From Octopus vulgaris (lineage: Eukaryota), in contig OX597826.1 in assembly GCA_951406725.2 (NCBI GenBank), forward strand, positions 30,442,001 through 30,506,000: 64,000 nt of DNA. Direction: 5' to 3'. Made by a program: the position numbers and the translations under genes. The notes under the pieces were generated by a model. That model ran no database searches. It saw nothing but the letters and a program-made list of their open reading frames with translations, and was not told where the DNA came from. Below, piece after piece: positions 46,328-60,502 of this stretch; position 1 is the first letter of the stretch, and each line of letters starts with the position of its first letter.

Positions 46328-46371
<44 letters not shown>

Positions 46372-46490
46372 TATATATACATACATATAAATATATATAT
46401 GTTTATATTTGTGTGTATGCGTGTGTATGTATATATATATATATATATATGTAAACACACACATATATATGAATATACAGATATGTGTTT

Positions 46491-46527
<37 letters not shown>

Positions 46528-47139
46528 AGCGTGTGTGTATGTGTGTGTGTAAGTATGTGTGTATGTGTGTGTGTGTGTGTGTGTTGGGCGACGGGAAAAG
46601 GTACTGAGTGAATCAAATTGGAATAAGATAAAGAGATTCATAGAGAGAGGGAAAGATAGAGGAAGAAAGAGTGATAATAAAGGTTAGTTCACGTAAAAGG
46701 TGGGGCTAGAGTATGCAAATAAGCATAACAGAGAGAGAAAGGGGGGAACAAGAGAATAAGAGGAATAGGCAGAGTAGAAAGAATATGAGAGGAAACATAT
46801 ATTAGGGAGAAAGGAGAGAAAGACAAATAGGAGAATATGAAGAAAGGCTTGAGAGTGAGATTCTACGGACAGGAGAGAGAGAGAGAGAGGGTGGGGAAGA
46901 GAGGATTAGAAAAATAGGGAGAGATGAAAGAGCGAATGACAATGTATGTATTCCGTAAATAAATATATCAACTCAGCATGAATGGAAACAGCATGAACGC
47001 TCTAAAAGAGCGACCCAGGGGCAACAATTGATGAACGTTAATTGGTGTGCGAATTGTCTAGAAATTAGTTGTATTGTAAACCATTCTAACATACATGTGG
47101 ATGGATTGATACGGGAAAAAGCAGTTTTCTACAAGATAT

Positions 47140-47320
47140 GGCGCAGGATTTCCTGTGTGGTAAGTAGCTTGTTTACCAACCACATGGTTCCGGGTTCAGT
47201 CCCACTGCGTTGCACCTTGGGCAAGTGTCTTGTACTATAGCCTCGGGTCGACCAAAGCCTTGTGAGTGGATTTGTTAGACGGAAACTGAAAGAAGCCCGT
47301 CGTATATATATATATATATC

Positions 47321-47362
<42 letters not shown>

Positions 47363-47596
47363 GTGTGTGTGTTTGTGTGTCTGTATTTGTCCCCCTAGCA
47401 TTGCTTGACAACCGATGCTGGTGTGTTTATGTCCCCGTTACTTAGCAGTTCGACAAAAGAGATCGATAGAATAAGTACTGGGCTTACAAAAAAGAATAAG
47501 TCCCGGGGTCGAGTTGTTCGATTAAAAGATGGTGCTCCAGCATGGCCACAGTCAAATGACTGAAACAAGTAAAAGAGTAAAAGAGAGTAAAAGAGT
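47140..47596 (+). mobile_element. SINE family A (full length)
   Basis: tRNA-like head with A/B-box-like motifs (tgtggtaag; ggttcagtccc), body, internal (TA)n, (gtaaaaga)3 tail. Confidence 0.88.
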
Positions 47597-47632
47597 ATAC
47601 AAGACCAAAAATATAAATAGCATGTCATTTCT

Positions 47633-47878
47633 GGAGGCGCGTGGCTTAGTGGTTAGGGTGTCAGCATCATGATAGTAAGATTGTGGTTTCGTTTCCTGGA
47701 CCGGGCGAAGCGTAGTGTTCTTGAACAAAACACTTCATTTCACGTTGCTCCAGTCTACTCAGCTGGCAAAAATGAGTAACGCTGCGATGGACTGGCATCC
47801 CGTCCAGCTGGAGAACACATACACCATTGAAACCGGGAAACTGGGCCCATGAGACTGGCTAGGCTTGAAAAGGGCGAC
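47633..47878 (+). mobile_element. tRNA-headed SINE, family C
   Basis: ggaggcgcgtggcttagtggttagg (A box)...ggtttcgtttcc (B box-like), then gtgttcttgaacaaaacactt...ctgcgatggactggcatcccgtccag. Confidence 0.8.
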
Positions 47879-48248
47879 ATTTATCGTTGTATTTATTTCT
47901 AGTTTTAAGCACAAGAGCAGATATATTTCTCCCGACAAGAAACATAAAGTAATTTGCCTTAAGTAAGATACTCTGTACATAATATATGTAGATAATATAT
48001 CTGTGTAAATGTGTACGTGGCGGTAGTCGATGAGAACGGTAAAAATTTGTTAAATTAACAGTTGTTAAAATAGCTATAGTCATTTAGCACCAAATATCTA
48101 CTGATCAATAAGTGCAAATATCTAAATCGTACATAGAGATGTTATTACTAGTGTAGACTCACTTACATACAGATATATATATACATATATATATATATAC
48201 ATACATACACACACACAGATATATATATATATATGTATATATACATAC

Positions 48249-48305
<57 letters not shown>

Positions 48306-48342
48306 CACACATACATACATATACATACACACACACACACAT

Positions 48343-48383
<41 letters not shown>

Positions 48384-48531
48384 CACATACACACTGACAC
48401 AGTAAACATATGTATATATTCTTGTTGCCAGTGTTTATAGAAAGAATAGATTGTGCGTTTATTTATAACATATTTTAACTCAGATGTCACTTTAATTAAA
48501 CGCTCGCTTTCATGTACAGTATTTCCACGCG

Positions 48532-48577
<46 letters not shown>

Positions 48578-48939
48578 GGTGTGGGTGTGGGTGTGTGTGT
48601 ATGTATAGTCATGCATGTTTGTATTTAAAAACATGTATGGTTATGTATATTTGTGTGCGCATATTTATATCCAAATGCATGTACATATGTATGTGTATAT
48701 ATATATATATATATATACACAATTTTTAATTTTTAATTTTCTCCTGGTTTACGGAATTGATGTTATTTTGCGGTTAAAGCTTTTGGCTGTTATTTCTAGT
48801 GGGTGAATGGCCTATTATGGCCGTTCCTTGATTGTGATGTTGAACTTAAAAATGGTTTATGACTATTTAATTTTTTCCCACTAGGCCGCTGGTGGCAAAA
48901 GAATTCTACAAAATTTTTTTTGCCACCCTATATTGATTA

Positions 48940-48973
<34 letters not shown>

Positions 48974-49106
48974 GTATATATATGTATATATATACATGCA
49001 TACATATATATATATATATATATATATACGATATATACGGTGAGAGAGAGAGAGAGAGAGAGAGAGTGAGGGAGATAGAATGAGGTAGACATGTATATAT
49101 ATAGAG

Positions 49107-49155
<49 letters not shown>

Positions 49156-49529
49156 TGGTGAGGTATATGTAAGCATATTGAGATCCACACATTCACACAC
49201 ACACACATACGCACACGCAGGCAGAATGTCATAGACACACACACACACACGCGCACACATACAAACAAACAACCATGAAAAATGCATGTGCACAAATAGT
49301 CATTTCGTTCTTATCAAGTAATTGAATTTTCTGTTTATTCTCGAATGTTCTAATGGTATCATCGTTATACATCAGGATCTTTCTGTTTTATTTAGTTTCT
49401 CATATTTTCCCTCGTTCACTTCGTCTGCAACTACAAAAAGAAAAAAAAATCGCTAATAACGTTTATTTTGGTCCACAGTTACCAAACGATTCACTTATCT
49501 CATTGTTTATATTACAATGATAGTTTGAA

Positions 49530-50260
49530 ACGGTTTCAAACTTTGGTTCGATGCCAGCAATTTTTGGAGGAGGTGTAAGTCGATTATATCGACCCCAGTA
49601 CACAACTGGTACTTATTTTATACACCACGAAAGGATGAAAAGCAAAGTTAGCGTCGGCGGAATCTCAGTTCAGAACGTGAAGACGGACGGATTGCGGCTA
49701 TGCAATCGTGCTAACGATTCTTCTTTACTCTAGGCACAAGGCCCGAAATTTTGGGGGAGGAGGCCAGTGGATTAGATCGACCTCAGTACGGAACTGGTAC
49801 TTAATTTATCGACCCCGAAAGGATGAAAAGGAAAGTTGGCACCGGCGGAATTTGAACTCAGAACATAAAGATGGACAATATGCGGCGAAGCATTTTGCGC
49901 GATGTGCTAACGATTCTGCCAGCCCACCGACTTTATTTATATTACAATATTCCTTTCTACTATAGGCACAAGGCCTGAAATTTCGGGGTAGGGAGAGATA
50001 AGTCTACCATAACGACACCAATGCACAACTGGTACTTATTTTACCGACCCCAGAAGAATGAAAGGCAAAGTTGACCTTGGGGGAATTTGAACTCAGATCG
50101 TAAAGATGGACGAAATGCCTTTAAACATTTTGCCCGGCGTGCTAACGATTCTGCCAGTTCAACGCATTATAATAATCTTTTCTACAATAGGCACAAGGCC
50201 TGAAATGCGTGGGGGGGGGCTAAGTCGATCACATGGACTCAGGTGCATAACTGGTACTCC
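49530..50260 (-). mobile_element. Tandem cluster of family B SINE-like copies
   Basis: Four head-to-tail partial copies with aggcacaaggcc..aactggtactt..gaccccgaaaggatgaaa..ggaatttgaactcag. Confidence 0.8.
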
Positions 50261-50491
50261 ATTTATTTACTTATATATATATATATATATATTATAACAA
50301 TATAACAATAATGTGTTTCCTTGGCACGATGCCACGAATTATATATAATATATGCATTTGTCTCCCAGTGTATGATTCTTTATAAGTTTGTTCTTTTAAT
50401 CTGGGACGTAAAGATAATCTTTATTTTCATATTACTTAATTCGAATCTTCATTATTTATTAATCTTTTCTTTTTCTTTTTTTCTATTTCAG

Positions 50492-51823
50492 ACAATATGC
50501 AAACTCTTCGGATTTCTCTTCAACCTGTTTTCAATCGCATCCATACTCTCCATCGTGGCCATAGCACTTGATCGTTATTCAGCCATCATCCACTGTCTAG
50601 AATATTCTTCCTGGTCAGCATACAAATATGTTGGCAGTCTCACGGCTTGGATCTGGTTGCAGGCCACTGGATCAGCATTCATGCCGCTGTTTGGTGTAGG
50701 CAGTTATTGTGTACAGAATTTCCTCTGCGTTGCCGTTTGGTCCAATGTAGCCTACATCGTTCTCATGTGCATCTTGAACTTCTTCATCCCTCTGTTTCTC
50801 ATGCTTTTTTGTTATATCACAATAATCAAGGTTGCACGCTGTCATGCAACACGCATAACAGCCGTGCAATCGCAGGCGAGAAAATTTTCCGATATAGACA
50901 TGACAGGACCGGTCGCCACTGCCATCGCGCATCCTCTTCGCCGGTTGTCAATGATCAGCTTTCCCACTGCCACCAACATGGAATACGAAGGCATAGATCA
51001 ACTTCACGGAGCCTTTACTAGCGACATCGAACAAGACACCTTTAGTGACCTTGACAGTTATTCTCCAATAAATCTAACTGTGCCAGGAATTCGGAGGGAC
51101 ATCAGAACAGGCATCCGATTGTTGGGTGCTATTTTGGCTTACGTCGTTTTCTATTTCACCTACGTTTACGTGAAAATGACTGACCAAAACAGTAGCTCAA
51201 TATCACATCTGGAGGTCTTTGGAACTTGGATGTGTCTGTTGTCCAGCGTCTGTAATCCATTCCTTTACGCGATCGTTAGTAAGCGTTTCCGATTGGCCGT
51301 ACGGCGACTTTGTCAACAGAGAAGAAAACGCCCTACTCATATTAAAAACCGATGTCCTTTACAAAAAGTTCAAAATATTCCACCTAGAATATGGCAGCGG
51401 AGGAGGGCTGGTTCCTCCAGTAGTGATCCAACGTCGGAAAAGGTGAATGTAAACGAAAAAAGAATGCCTTCTCTATTATCTCTTCCTTCATTAGCACAAA
51501 TTCAAAACACTCCAAAGGAGAAGCATCAAAAAGAGGAAGCAGTGTCTGTAGTTAAAAGCACTCGATTCTTAGAAGTGCCACACGCTCATGCAAGTAGAGT
51601 TCAAACAAGTACTAATGTTTCAGAATCCAAAACAAAAATTCCTGTTAATGGAATGGCCATAACAGTTCCAACAGAATCAAAGAATGGTTTAATAAAAAAA
51701 TGGCTAAAATTTCGATCGGAATCGATCGGAAAGACGAAGAAAAAATCTGAGCAGGACTCGGATGTGTTTTGTGGTGAAAATAAAGCAAATATTAAAATCC
51801 AGGTTGATTTGGTTGGTACATAA
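50492..51823 (+). CDS. Terminal coding exon (TM3-TM7 plus C-tail) of a class A GPCR, most similar to GPR161-like orphan receptors
   Basis: Polypyrimidine tract and AG at 50490-50491 (phase 0); TM3 Cys, LDRY, TM4 IWL, ECL2 CVAVW, TM5 FIP..CY..VAR, TM7 NPFLY, helix 8 SKRFR; open to TAA at 51821-51823. The GPR161 resemblance is recalled from motifs (IAIDRY, IWL, CVAAW, VAR), not from a search. Confidence 0.9.
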   Translation, partial: TICKLFGFLFNLFSIASILSIVAIALDRYSAIIHCLEYSSWSAYKYVGSLTAWIWLQATGSAFMPLFGVGSYCVQNFLCVAVWSNVAYIVLMCILNFFIPLFLMLFCYITIIKVARCHATRITAVQSQARKFSDIDMTGPVATAIAHPLRRLSMISFPTATNMEYEGIDQLHGAFTSDIEQDTFSDLDSYSPINLTVPGIRRDIRTGIRLLGAILAYVVFYFTYVYVKMTDQNSSSISHLEVFGTWMCLLSSVCNPFLYAIVSKRFRLAVRRLCQQRRKRPTHIKNRCPLQKVQNIPPRIWQRRRAGSSSSDPTSEKVNVNEKRMPSLLSLPSLAQIQNTPKEKHQKEEAVSVVKSTRFLEVPHAHASRVQTSTNVSESKTKIPVNGMAITVPTESKNGLIKKWLKFRSESIGKTKKKSEQDSDVFCGENKANIKIQVDLVGT

Positions 51824-52219
51824 TTTTCTTATTTATTTTAAGAAATGTAACACTGAACGAATGTTCAAAAAGTCATTTCGGAACAAAAAAAAATTAAATT
51901 AACTATATTTTGAAAAAATTAAAATAATTCCAAAACTTTGACTTTTCATAATGGTTCGCAAACATTCTGAACTTGGATAGAACGCGTATCTGTGTTATTT
52001 GAAGAAAGTTAAATAATAGAAGAAAAAATACTTTTAATTTTAAACAGTTTTCTTCAACAGATGTCTAGTTTTGATGCAGGTGTCATACACTTTTATTTAC
52101 TGTTGACGTTTGTCTTTTTACTTTTTCTTTCTTTATTTCTTCAAATCTATCTATATTTATCTATATATGTATGTACATACATATATATACATAAAAGTAT
52201 CTTTGTATATATACATACA

Positions 52220-52258
<39 letters not shown>

Positions 52259-53520
52259 TTGTATACATATATATATATACATACACACACACACATATAT
52301 AAATATATATATATATATATATATGAGTACCTTTGTATGTATATATATATATATATATATATCATGTCTGCCACACATGGATATCATGCCGTTTACACAC
52401 ATCTTAGATTCATTGTAAAGTCCATTGTTTGACTCTTTAGTTTTTCTCAACATTCCTCTTATAAAAAAGAAAGTTCTGAAGTTCTTCTTTACCTTTCATT
52501 CTTCTTGAATCAAAAGCAAAACAAACTAGCGTATAGAATTAAAAAAGAAAAGAAAAACAAGGAATACAATTGGAATTAGAAGTTACCGCAGTGTTGGTGG
52601 TGGTGGTGGTGGTGGTGTTACGAAGATGAAGAGAAGAAAGTGGAAGAGAAAGAACATGAGAAAACATTGGTCGCAATGTTTTTTTTTTGCTTTGTACTTT
52701 TTTTTTTTCAAACTACACGTCTGGTTAGTTTCACAACGTATTATCGAGGACGAAGTTATCTGGCGTTGAGAAGAGAATAAAATATTTTTAAGTTTGAACA
52801 TCGTGCCAAGAGATTAAAGATAATTACTGTTCATTTTAAATTGAATTATTATTATATAATTTAGTTCGTTTGAGGAAACTTCTATCAAAAAATAGGGTGG
52901 AGAAATATCAATTAAAAACGTGTTATGTGATGATAAAATATCAAAACCAAGCCATTTACATTTTTCTTTAAGGTCAAGCCTTGATGTTTAATGAAATTTT
53001 TTTTTTTATTAATGAGACAAGTATTGAGCTAAATTGTTTTAGTATTTTCCAGTTAGTTTTCAATTCGCTCTTGTTTATTGTTATCGTAGTTGTTATTACT
53101 ACCAAATATACTATCCGTTGGTACAGTGCCAAGGAACTGCACACTTCAGGGTGATTCCATTGCAGATATATGTAAATGGCTTCGTACCATTGCCAAATTT
53201 ATAAAACCAATAGTACAGTGCCTCGTTACGAAGGAAATATCACCTTATTTTCACGTTCTTGACCGATGTTTTAAAATTCAAAAGATTATCTAAGTGGTGT
53301 AAATATATTTTCAAATGGTAGCAATCTACAAAAAACATCGCTATGTAGTTAAGAAATTCGCTGGATAATCGTGGGTATCCAAGTTGGATCCCGCTATGCA
53401 GCGCCATGGGTAGGTAAGTGTTTTATGCTACTAAAACATATTGGGTCAGGTCTTGTGAAGGAAATTGGGGAGACGAATATTGTAAAGAAATCTGCAAATT
53501 GGCTTATATTATATCTGTTC

Positions 53521-53915
53521 TAAGGCGGCGAGCTGTTAGAATCGTTAGCAAGCCGGGCGAAATGCTTAGCGGTATTTCGTCTGCCGTTACGTTCTGAGTT
53601 CAAATTCCGCCGAAGTCGACTTTGCCTTTCATCCTTTCGAGGTCGATTAATTAAGTACCAGTTACACACTGGGGTCGATATAATCGACTTAATCCGTTTG
53701 TCTGTCCTTGATTGTCCCCTCTGTGTTTAGCCCCTTGTGGGTCGTAAAGAAATAGGTATTTCGTCTGCCGCTACGTTCTGAGTTCAAATTCCGCCAAGGT
53801 CGACTTTGCCTTTCATCCTTTCGGCGTCGATTAAATAAGTACCGGTTGCGCACTGGGATCGATGTAATCGACTTAATCCCCTCCTCCCAAGCCGCCCCTG
53901 CTGCAAAAAATTGAA
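53521..53915 (+). mobile_element. SINE-like repeat family B (well preserved, duplicated body)
   Basis: Colinear with 17633-18030. Confidence 0.88.
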
Positions 53916-55092
53916 ATTATATCTGTTTTCGTTCAATGTTGGGTTGTCAGATAAAATCGTCCATTTTTACACACACACACACGCATATATACATATATCT
54001 GTGTGTATGCATGTATATTAATCCTTTCCAATGTTATCTGAATTAACACGAAAAATATTTTTAATCGTAGCGTTTATGTGTTTTAACTTTTGTTTACCAT
54101 TTTTGAAATTCGAATAAAATTCACCTCTTTTCACACACAAGACTATGGAGTGCCAAGTAAGAAAGCAAAATCGAATGAATTTATCTTACAAATCAATATA
54201 TGGAAGCCATTTTCTAGTTGAACACCACTACCTGGGCCTTGATTGCCTTTAGCAGAATCCACTCTGTTGAACGCATTTAGACCGGCGTTCTAGTTTGGGG
54301 ATAATTAATAACTTATGAGCTGTGGTCTTCTTCTGCCTTTTCTTCTCCTGGTCTCGGATGTCATTCATACAAACGGTTAAGAACGCAGTCTTTCATCCGA
54401 TTAATAAATCACTAACAAAATAATTAATTTCGTACGCAGATAAACCTCAGGTTCATGAACAGGGGTGCGATTTGAAACAGTGTGGTGTTCATACGTGCCT
54501 TCTTTGTCGAGAGCATTAGAAACGAACGTGAAATGAAATGAATACGTAAAAGAATCGAAACCTTGATTCGCACTCTCCTTGCCAGAATGTAACCAATATT
54601 CAACGAGACTCGTCACTGCCACATATATAAAAAAAATATATATATATATATATAATTATATAATTAATATTTTAATTACGATCGCCTTTATAAGTATATT
54701 TTCATAGAGAATGGAGTCTGTGTTGCTAGTGCCGGTCAGCCTTGATTTAATAAACTTTTGACCATAGCTTATCTAAGACTACATTATCAATGGTAGCCTT
54801 CCTAATTAAGACAATAGAAAGTGTTTTGAGGGATATTTGGTTGCTATTTCTAGCAGGTAGATCGTCCAGCTTTGATACTCCTTCATCGGAAATATTTGTA
54901 TGTGTGTGTGTTTGTGGCGGGAGTGAGGTTTAATGTGAACGAATAACCACCCATTGATCTGCGATTGATAGCTTAAATACATTCACAATGATTTCAATAA
55001 TATTTCTCATACATACATGCATACATATATATATATATATATAGAAAATATAGTATATATAACATCTATATATAAAATGTATAATTTACACA

Positions 55093-55192
<100 letters not shown>

Positions 55193-55277
55193 ATTTATAT
55201 ATATATATATACATATATATATACATATATAGATATAGATATATATATATGTACTATGTATGTGTCTTTTATAAATA

Positions 55278-56509
55278 CGGGGTGTCCTAAAAATGTAGAT
55301 ACACCACACAATGATTAAATATAGAGTCAGTGTTTATCAAAACGCATTTCAATTTTTAAATTTAATAAAATCTGCAGACGGAACTTAATCGTTTTTCTGT
55401 TTCCAATTTGTCAGCCATTGTTAATCATGCATAGCAATGAAATCGTAAACCTGAAGAAACATTTCGTTCAGTATTTGTGCGCATTTTTGTTCAATGGCTT
55501 CCCTCTAATCGCCCACTATTGCCGGTTTTCTACCGTAAATCCTCTGTTTTAAGTGTTCCCACAAGGAAAAATAAATGGTATGAGGCCCGGTAAACTAAAA
55601 GGGTATTTTACTGAATCTCGTCGTCCAATCCACCCGCTGGGTAAAGCTTCATCAATGTAAGCCCTTACATTATTCTGGTAGTGCAGAGGTGCCCTTTCTC
55701 TCTGGAAATAAAACTACACATCTCAAAGTCCTCTTGAATGGGTAGCATGACAGATTGTCGCAACAAATTCAAGTAAATTGGAACACACACAGTACCATCA
55801 AAACAGAATGGTCCAGTTAATCCTTTTGAATCTAAGCTGCATCATACTGTAACACCCAGTCAATTACTATGACGAACCCCAAAATATACAGGTTATCGGG
55901 TATTCAGTAGGTACAGCCGTGGTGGTTAATTGAGCCATTTAATTCAAATCTAGCATCAAACAATGTTTTTGGACTGCGTGAATTTTTACTCATCTTGCCA
56001 AATACCTGTCACAAAACACCACTCTTCGCTCTGGATGATCCTCATTGAGAACATGGGCTATTCTTGGAATGAAACTTTTCCGAAAAACTGCCCTTCAAAA
56101 TGCAATGGACGCTTGATTTTTCAAATTCCTATCTCACGACTCGCTTGCCCAGCAGATTTTCGGCAAATCTGGCATTACACTTCCCGTACACTTCGTTACT
56201 TTATGGGGCTTATACGTGCCCGCGGTCTTTCGACAACTTTTCTTGATGACATTCTAAACAGTTTCAACAGCGTCAAATTTACCTCTAATTCCAGTGAGGG
56301 TTAATCGGATAGGTGGATCTGTTTGAAATTCCTTCCTAAACTCTCCTCGACCGCATTTTCAAACTTCCAGTACCAAGTCACGATAACTCTCTTTTTCTCA
56401 AAGATTAGTCTTGTTCCCTTCATTATTTCTCTTGGACTAAATCAAAGAAACAGCTGAACAGCTGAATATTTAGTAATCAGCTGTTAAGGTGTGTATGTAT
56501 TTTTGGGAC

Positions 56510-56515
<6 letters not shown>
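55278..56515 (-). mobile_element. Near-full-length degenerate Tc1/mariner-superfamily transposon (maT/DD37D-like)
   Basis: TIRs cggggtgtcctaaaaat / atttttgggacaccct with TA flanks; minus-strand remnants [62 protein letters not shown]; many stops and frameshifts. Confidence 0.8.
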
Positions 56516-56566
<51 letters not shown>

Positions 56567-56906
56567 GTATGTATATGTATATATTGTTGTATTTGAGGAT
56601 GATCATGTTGCCAATTTAGCCAATATATATATATATATGTATATGTATGTATGTATGCATAATGTGATAATTAGATACTACTGAAATTGATGAAATTAGG
56701 CAAAGAGGACGTGAAAACAGCACATGCATATTATATTTACATGTGAGATAACATATATTTAAATGAAAACACACATGCACGCATATCTGTCTTTCTGTGT
56801 TTCACTTTCTGTTTCAATCTTTAGTAATTTATTCGTCTATGTATGGATGTATCAATTTATCTATTTATCTATTTATCTGTCTATTGTCTATCTCCACACA
56901 CACACA

Positions 56907-56987
<81 letters not shown>

Positions 56988-56989
<2 letters not shown>

Positions 56990-57755
56990 CGGATCATTAA
57001 GAATGAAATGCCTGAATTTTAACTGAAAGTTTATTTTACTTTATCTCAACAAAAAGCAATGCAGTTAATCAAAGTATGCATCTAAATTATCAACATGACT
57101 TTGCCATTTTATCGGTAGCTTATTTATGCCGTGAGCGAAAAGTTCTAGAGAGAAAGAGGTGGTGAAGTCGCGAAAGGCTGTTTTTGTATCTTCTTCAGAT
57201 TTGAAGTTTTTCTTTGCAAAAAGTTGTCTAATGCCTGGGAAACATCAAAGTCAGTTGGTGCAAGTCTGAGGAATATGGTGGATGACAGAGTACTTCCAGT
57301 AACTTAAGTAGCATTCTTTGTGCAACATGTTGTTGAGTATTGTCTTGCAAGAGAATTGGCCTGTCTCTATTGACCAATCTCAGTTGTTTAATTGCAAGTT
57401 CACTCATTATTTCATCCAACTGGTTGATGTATACATCTGCTGTAATTGACTTACCAGGTCTCGTGAAGCTGTAGTGGATGACATCAGTGCTGGTCAACCA
57501 AACAGACACCAGTAGCTTTTTTTTTTTGGTGAATATTCTTTTTTTTTTTGGATTGTGTTTTGGCACTTTGCCTCTATCCATCCACCGTGCAGAATGCTTG
57601 CTATTGTTGAAAAGAATCCATTTTTCATCACACGTAATAATACGATGCAAAAATGGTTCGCATCGTATGGATAAAATGGTTGTATGGATAAAACATGGTG
57701 CATAAGAAAATCTTGGTGCATAAGAAAATCGGACATTTTATTCTTACTGACCTTA
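56988..57755 (-). mobile_element. Internally deleted mariner (DD34D-type) transposon
   Basis: RIITCDEKWI, KKLLVSVW, ITADVY..QL, ILLQDN, HPPYSSDL motifs; imperfect TIRs (ggatcattaagaatgaaatgcc / ggacattttattcttactgacc) within TA. Confidence 0.9.
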
Positions 57756-59431
57756 TATATATATATTCATCTACATATACATCTATTGTATATGTTTACA
57801 CGCATGCGCACGCGCGGACACACACACACTCACACACACTCACACACACACACACACACACGTACACACTCTCATACACACACACACGCGCACACACACA
57901 TAACTCGAGTTATTTTATGCATAATACATTTTCATGTGCCTTGATGGTTTCTTGTAACATTGACCAAAAAGACGAAATGTATATGTTGACAGTAGTTTGT
58001 TTTTGCCTTATTTATCACTATTATTGTTATCATTTGAATTTTGCACACATACACTCATTCCCATATATACACACACATGTTTATATATTAAAATATATTA
58101 TAATTTCACAATTAATAGATCTGTAAATACACTCATCTACACTAACAGAAGCACATTTACATTTTTATCTGCAACTCAAATTTTCGTTGACTTCTCTTTA
58201 TTCTGAAGTTTTAATCTCAAATCTCTTATCTATTATAATCTTCGATTCTTGGAACTGATTCGATTCCTCTTGGAATATAATTTAACTAAACCATTATCCA
58301 TTCACCTCATATTACTGTTTGTGATTTCTGGATTTACGGGGTTGGAAAAGAATGAGGCACAGTCTCAAAGATAAGGGTTGTTCAGTTCCACTTTAGTCCC
58401 GCTTGAACACATCTATGAGTAAAGGCATTCCATCGATGACCATCCCTGTATATATTTTATCCAGTTATATTGCATCTACGACTACGTAATCGTATGTGTC
58501 GTTCATTGCCTTTTAGTATATTTATATTTTTGGTAATAGAGTAAAGTATAATTTAAGGAACATTTGACTTCTATTTGTAGCAGGTCAAGCAACTATGTAG
58601 AAGCCCTCTCATCAGCAGATGGTACCCCAGCTGTGTTGTTTCAAATAATTTGTTTTCAAGCACAGCCAAACCGAAATAGATCCGATATTATAATATTGAC
58701 GGCGGTGATGATCATGATGGCATCCATTTTAAAATGGATGATAACAAAACAAACACAACAAAGAACAAAATATACACTCTTTGATTTACATTAACGTAAA
58801 TATACATAATTTGTAGCTCCAGGTGTTACCTTTGATTTAAATTAGTATATATTATTTTAATTTGTGGGATATTATTTTAATTTAAATGGAATACCACATT
58901 TACATGTTTTCTTAGAGATATTTTGATTTGTGACTCAAAGTGTAACAATTAGCTTGAATATTTTATTTTGCGGCACCAGTGACGCCCATAGAGTCACATA
59001 TTTTAATTTGTGACTCCGTTTGTGACACTAAATTTATATGTTTTAATTCGTGACTAAACCTGACATTTAATTCGACATTTAACTTCGGTTTATTACACAT
59101 ATTTTTTTTTAATTTGTGACTCCAAGTGTCACAGTAGATTCATATTAACTTATATAACTTTGAAAATTTTAATTTCCAACTTGATAAAAGACAAACACTA
59201 AATTTGTATTAACTAAAATAATTATTCAGTATATTTTGATTGATGATATCGAGTGTCACAATGTATTTATACTATCTTAAATATATTACACACAATATTT
59301 TAATATATGATACTAAATGAGACAGGTATAGTGCATCTTTTAATGGTATTCATTAGTTACTCCAAATTTTACACTTGATCTCATTGAGTCACTCTTTAAG
59401 AGAAAAAAAGATCATGTTATTGTTATTGTTA

Positions 59432-59640
59432 TTTAACCCCAGGTTAGTCACGGTCGAGCAGGCCTATGATCAAGAGCTATATAAGCATGATCATCCCCAT
59501 CTCTTTAGTTTATTCCAGAATACACTCTCAAATATGTTCTTTCATACTTCCATACTTCCAATTCTAAAGACAATAGGATGGGATTTGGGAGGGCTTTGAC
59601 TACAATATTTAACATGTTGAGCGACCACGCAGAGGTTTTG
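59432..59640 (+). repeat. Interspersed repeat family D (ccccaggt..gacctatgatcaa..gatttg.gag..tttg.ct); diverged copies at about 6905-7130, 54725-54890 and 58390-58620
   Basis: Shared motif order among copies; class unknown. Confidence 0.5.
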
Positions 59641-60502
59641 CTCAATAGAATGACAAAGCAATTCTAAGAAATTCAAAGAAAATATATGTGATATCAGAAA
59701 ACGTCTGCTGATAGTAAAAATGGGTTCAGGAATCCCTTTGTGAGTATTTGCCTGTTACATTTCAATTTTAACCAAAAATCAATAATAAATTCATCTTTAA
59801 AATTCTTCGTTCCGGTTTCCTTTCTTTGCCTTGTTATTTATAATTGTTAATATTCTTGTGTTTTTTCAATTTATAACTAAAATCCAATACAATATGCATT
59901 GGATTCATGTTAATAATAGTAATAATAATTTTAAAAATTAATAAGAAGAAGAAGAAGGAGAAGAAGAAGAAGAAGAAGAAGAAGAAGAAGAAGAAGAAGA
60001 AGAAGAAGAAGAAGAAGAAGAAGAAGAAGAATTTATATTCTATTACATATACTTTGTTATTTTTTCCTTTCTTTTTATTCTGTTGTTTTTCCCAGATGTT
60101 CTCCTTTGTGAATATAATTCTATAATTCTTCATTTATTCAAAAGGAATTTTGGAAATATATCACTTGTTAAATATTTACATAATTATGAAGAGGAGAAAA
60201 ACATGCAATAAACTATATGAAAAAGATTTCTGGTTCTTTTTGTTTTTGCTTTTTTTCGTTTTCATTTTTGTTGTGTATGAAGTGTTATATGTGTTATTAT
60301 ATTTAACAAACACTATGGAATGGAGAAGAAAATATATATTCAATTTGCACAGTAAAAGCCTCGGTAAATATATGAGTTTTGTGTATTGTTCTATGTTTGT
60401 TCTCTCCTGTTTTATTTTATTTCAATTCTTCGACTGAGGAACGAGATGGCTTCTAAAAATATAAAATGCTTCATCGCTGGAATATGAATAACGAAGACTA
60501 TA

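Noticed and set aside
47633-47705. Possible tRNA gene
   Set aside because: No complete cloverleaf; continues into a SINE body seen in other copies.
50321-50491. First 57 codons of the 500-aa GPCR ORF
   Set aside because: Non-ATG start and AT-rich sequence ending in a polypyrimidine tract plus AG; intronic.
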